From the NCBI RefSeq assembly GCF_001194135.2, contig NC_068983.1, forward strand, positions 67,836,578 to 67,899,123: a stretch of 62,546 nucleotides of DNA. Direction: 5' to 3'. Of this stretch, positions 60,862 through 62,546 are shown piece by piece. Position numbers and translations under genes: made by a program. Numbering within the stretch: the stretch's first letter is position 1; the number at the start of each line of letters is the position of its first letter. The DNA comes from Octopus bimaculoides. Taxonomy: Eukaryota. The notes below the pieces were generated by a model. The model was given only the letters and a program-made list of their open reading frames with translations. It searched no databases and was not told where the DNA came from.

Positions 60862-62429
60862 TGTGTGTGTGTGTGTGTAGCAAAATACCTTGAGACTGGA
60901 ATTAGTAAAATAGTAAAACAAAACATTTCTAGTTACAAATGAAGTCTTGAATGTCTTCTCCATTAGGTATTATTCAATCGATTTCTTAGAATATTCTGAA
61001 AGATTACCATATTACATTATTCTACGAAAGTGTACAACCAAAACCTATTGTTTATCTCTAACTTCACATCCGGTTAATACTGTCTTTGTAATGTTACGGG
61101 ATATTATAAAATCAAGTAAGACTGTTTATTTGCTTTTGCATATCCGGTTCACACAGGAGTGTTTATTTCTTTGTGCCATTATGCATCATAAAGATATTTC
61201 AATCAGGATATACAATAGTTGTAATCTTTGTGCCTTTCCCAAAAGACATTAGTGATATAAATGAATGGATGTAGCTGTTGATAGGATTTGAAATATGCTA
61301 AACTATATTTGTTGTTTTTTTTAGTTGTTATTCTTGTTTTTACTAATGTTATTCTTGTTGTGGTTGTTCTTAATTTTGTTGTTGTTATTGTTGAGCCCAT
61401 TTCCAAGGCATTCGAGCTGTAACCACGGAGTTCATTATCTAAGGTGTCTTTAGTTACCTTATTTTTAAATCTGCAATATGGGATTTAAGGAAAACCTGGC
61501 TGGTGTTTCTACATCATCCACGGATGTTTTAACGTTTGATACGATGACAGAGTGGCTATATGGCATTTTAAAACTTTCTTAGGCAACATCATAAGGCTAG
61601 CTTGTTTAGGTGTATGCATATAGTTTTCGTGTTCAGTTGGAACTTCTACATTGTAACATTAAGGTTAAACTCGGGCGAAAAGTGTGTTCCGACGGAAGTT
61701 TTTAATAAGAGCTCTGCGCGGAGAAATGTTATGTAATTCCACCGTATTCTATTATTTAAAAAAAATCAATGTGTATAGATGTGAGAAAAATACTGTGTAG
61801 ATGACAGTTACAGTGAGTGGAAATAATAGTGATGTTAGTAAGAGATGCAAAAGAAACTTCTCGAATAAAAGCATAGTAAAACAAAGAATATCAGTCTTGA
61901 AATGTTATAAAAACATTGCTTTTCGGCGCTAACATCTAATTTTACTCCAAGCAGATGTTGAACAGTAAATGCTGTACCACACTCACATACACACTCACAC
62001 TCACACTCACACACACACACACACACACACCTTGCGAGGAATATTATCCTGGTATATGTGATGGTGTGCTTTTCTAGTTCACTGCTTATCACTGACGCAC
62101 ACTATTTGTCGATAATCTCCGTTGTTTGGCTCAATTTTAAACTGCTGTCGAATTCTTTTTGCTGTTCGTATTGTTTTTGCTGATGTTATTGTTGTTGTTG
62201 TTGTTGTGGGGGTGGTGACGAGGACGACCACCACAACGATGATGATGATGATGATGATGATGATGATATAATTTACTCTTCCCTACAAATATTAGTCACG
62301 TTACTAAACCGACATCAAAATGAGGCTTATCTTCTATATGAATGCATGCATAAATGTATGTGAGTGCGTATGTGCATATTTGCTTACATATAATTATCAC
62401 CAATGTATGCGTGTGTGCGTACGCATGTA

Positions 62430-62440
62430 TAGATATAGAC

Positions 62441-62503
<63 letters not shown>

Positions 62504-62513
62504 TAGATAGATA
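62430..62513. repeat. (CAGA)n/(GATA)n microsatellite
   Basis: Read directly. Confidence 0.95.
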
Positions 62514-62546
62514 TGTTTCTTTATTAGCCACACAGGACTCAACATA

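Noticed and set aside
1521-60963. Long ORFs of 200-385 aa in the ORF track
   Set aside because: They run through N gaps (X residues) or dinucleotide repeats and carry no coding information.

Overview
AT-rich, gap-riddled eukaryotic scaffold segment with about 17 N-runs, mostly bordered by microsatellites. The density of (TA)n/(CA)n/(GATA)n/(AAT)n repeats and the tRNA-headed SINE types suggest an invertebrate, probably cephalopod (octopus-like), genome; this is inference. I recognise no host protein-coding gene, intact tRNA/rRNA or CRISPR array. Almost all ORFs in the track are microsatellite or gap artefacts. Recognisable coding remnants are all decayed transposons: Tx1/L1-like, CR1/L2-like, RTE-like and RLE-type (R4/Dong/NeSL-like) LINEs, a Penelope-like GIY-YIG fragment, a Helitron Rep domain, several Tc1/mariner derivatives and a probable solo LTR. 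The main result of the hunt is seven type-I hammerhead ribozyme (HHR) motifs, complete or partial, in three unrelated sequence families, all with a palindromic stem III. (1) A tRNA-like Pol III head plus HHR module forms the terminal repeat of a Penelope-like element and recurs as a head-to-head doublet with a 12-bp target-site duplication. (2) A retrozyme-like element has a 359-nt period, is longer than one monomer and carries a 5' inversion. (3) Two HHRs have an unusually long stem II and completely different but fully pairing stem I sequences. Ribozyme activity is predicted from sequence only.
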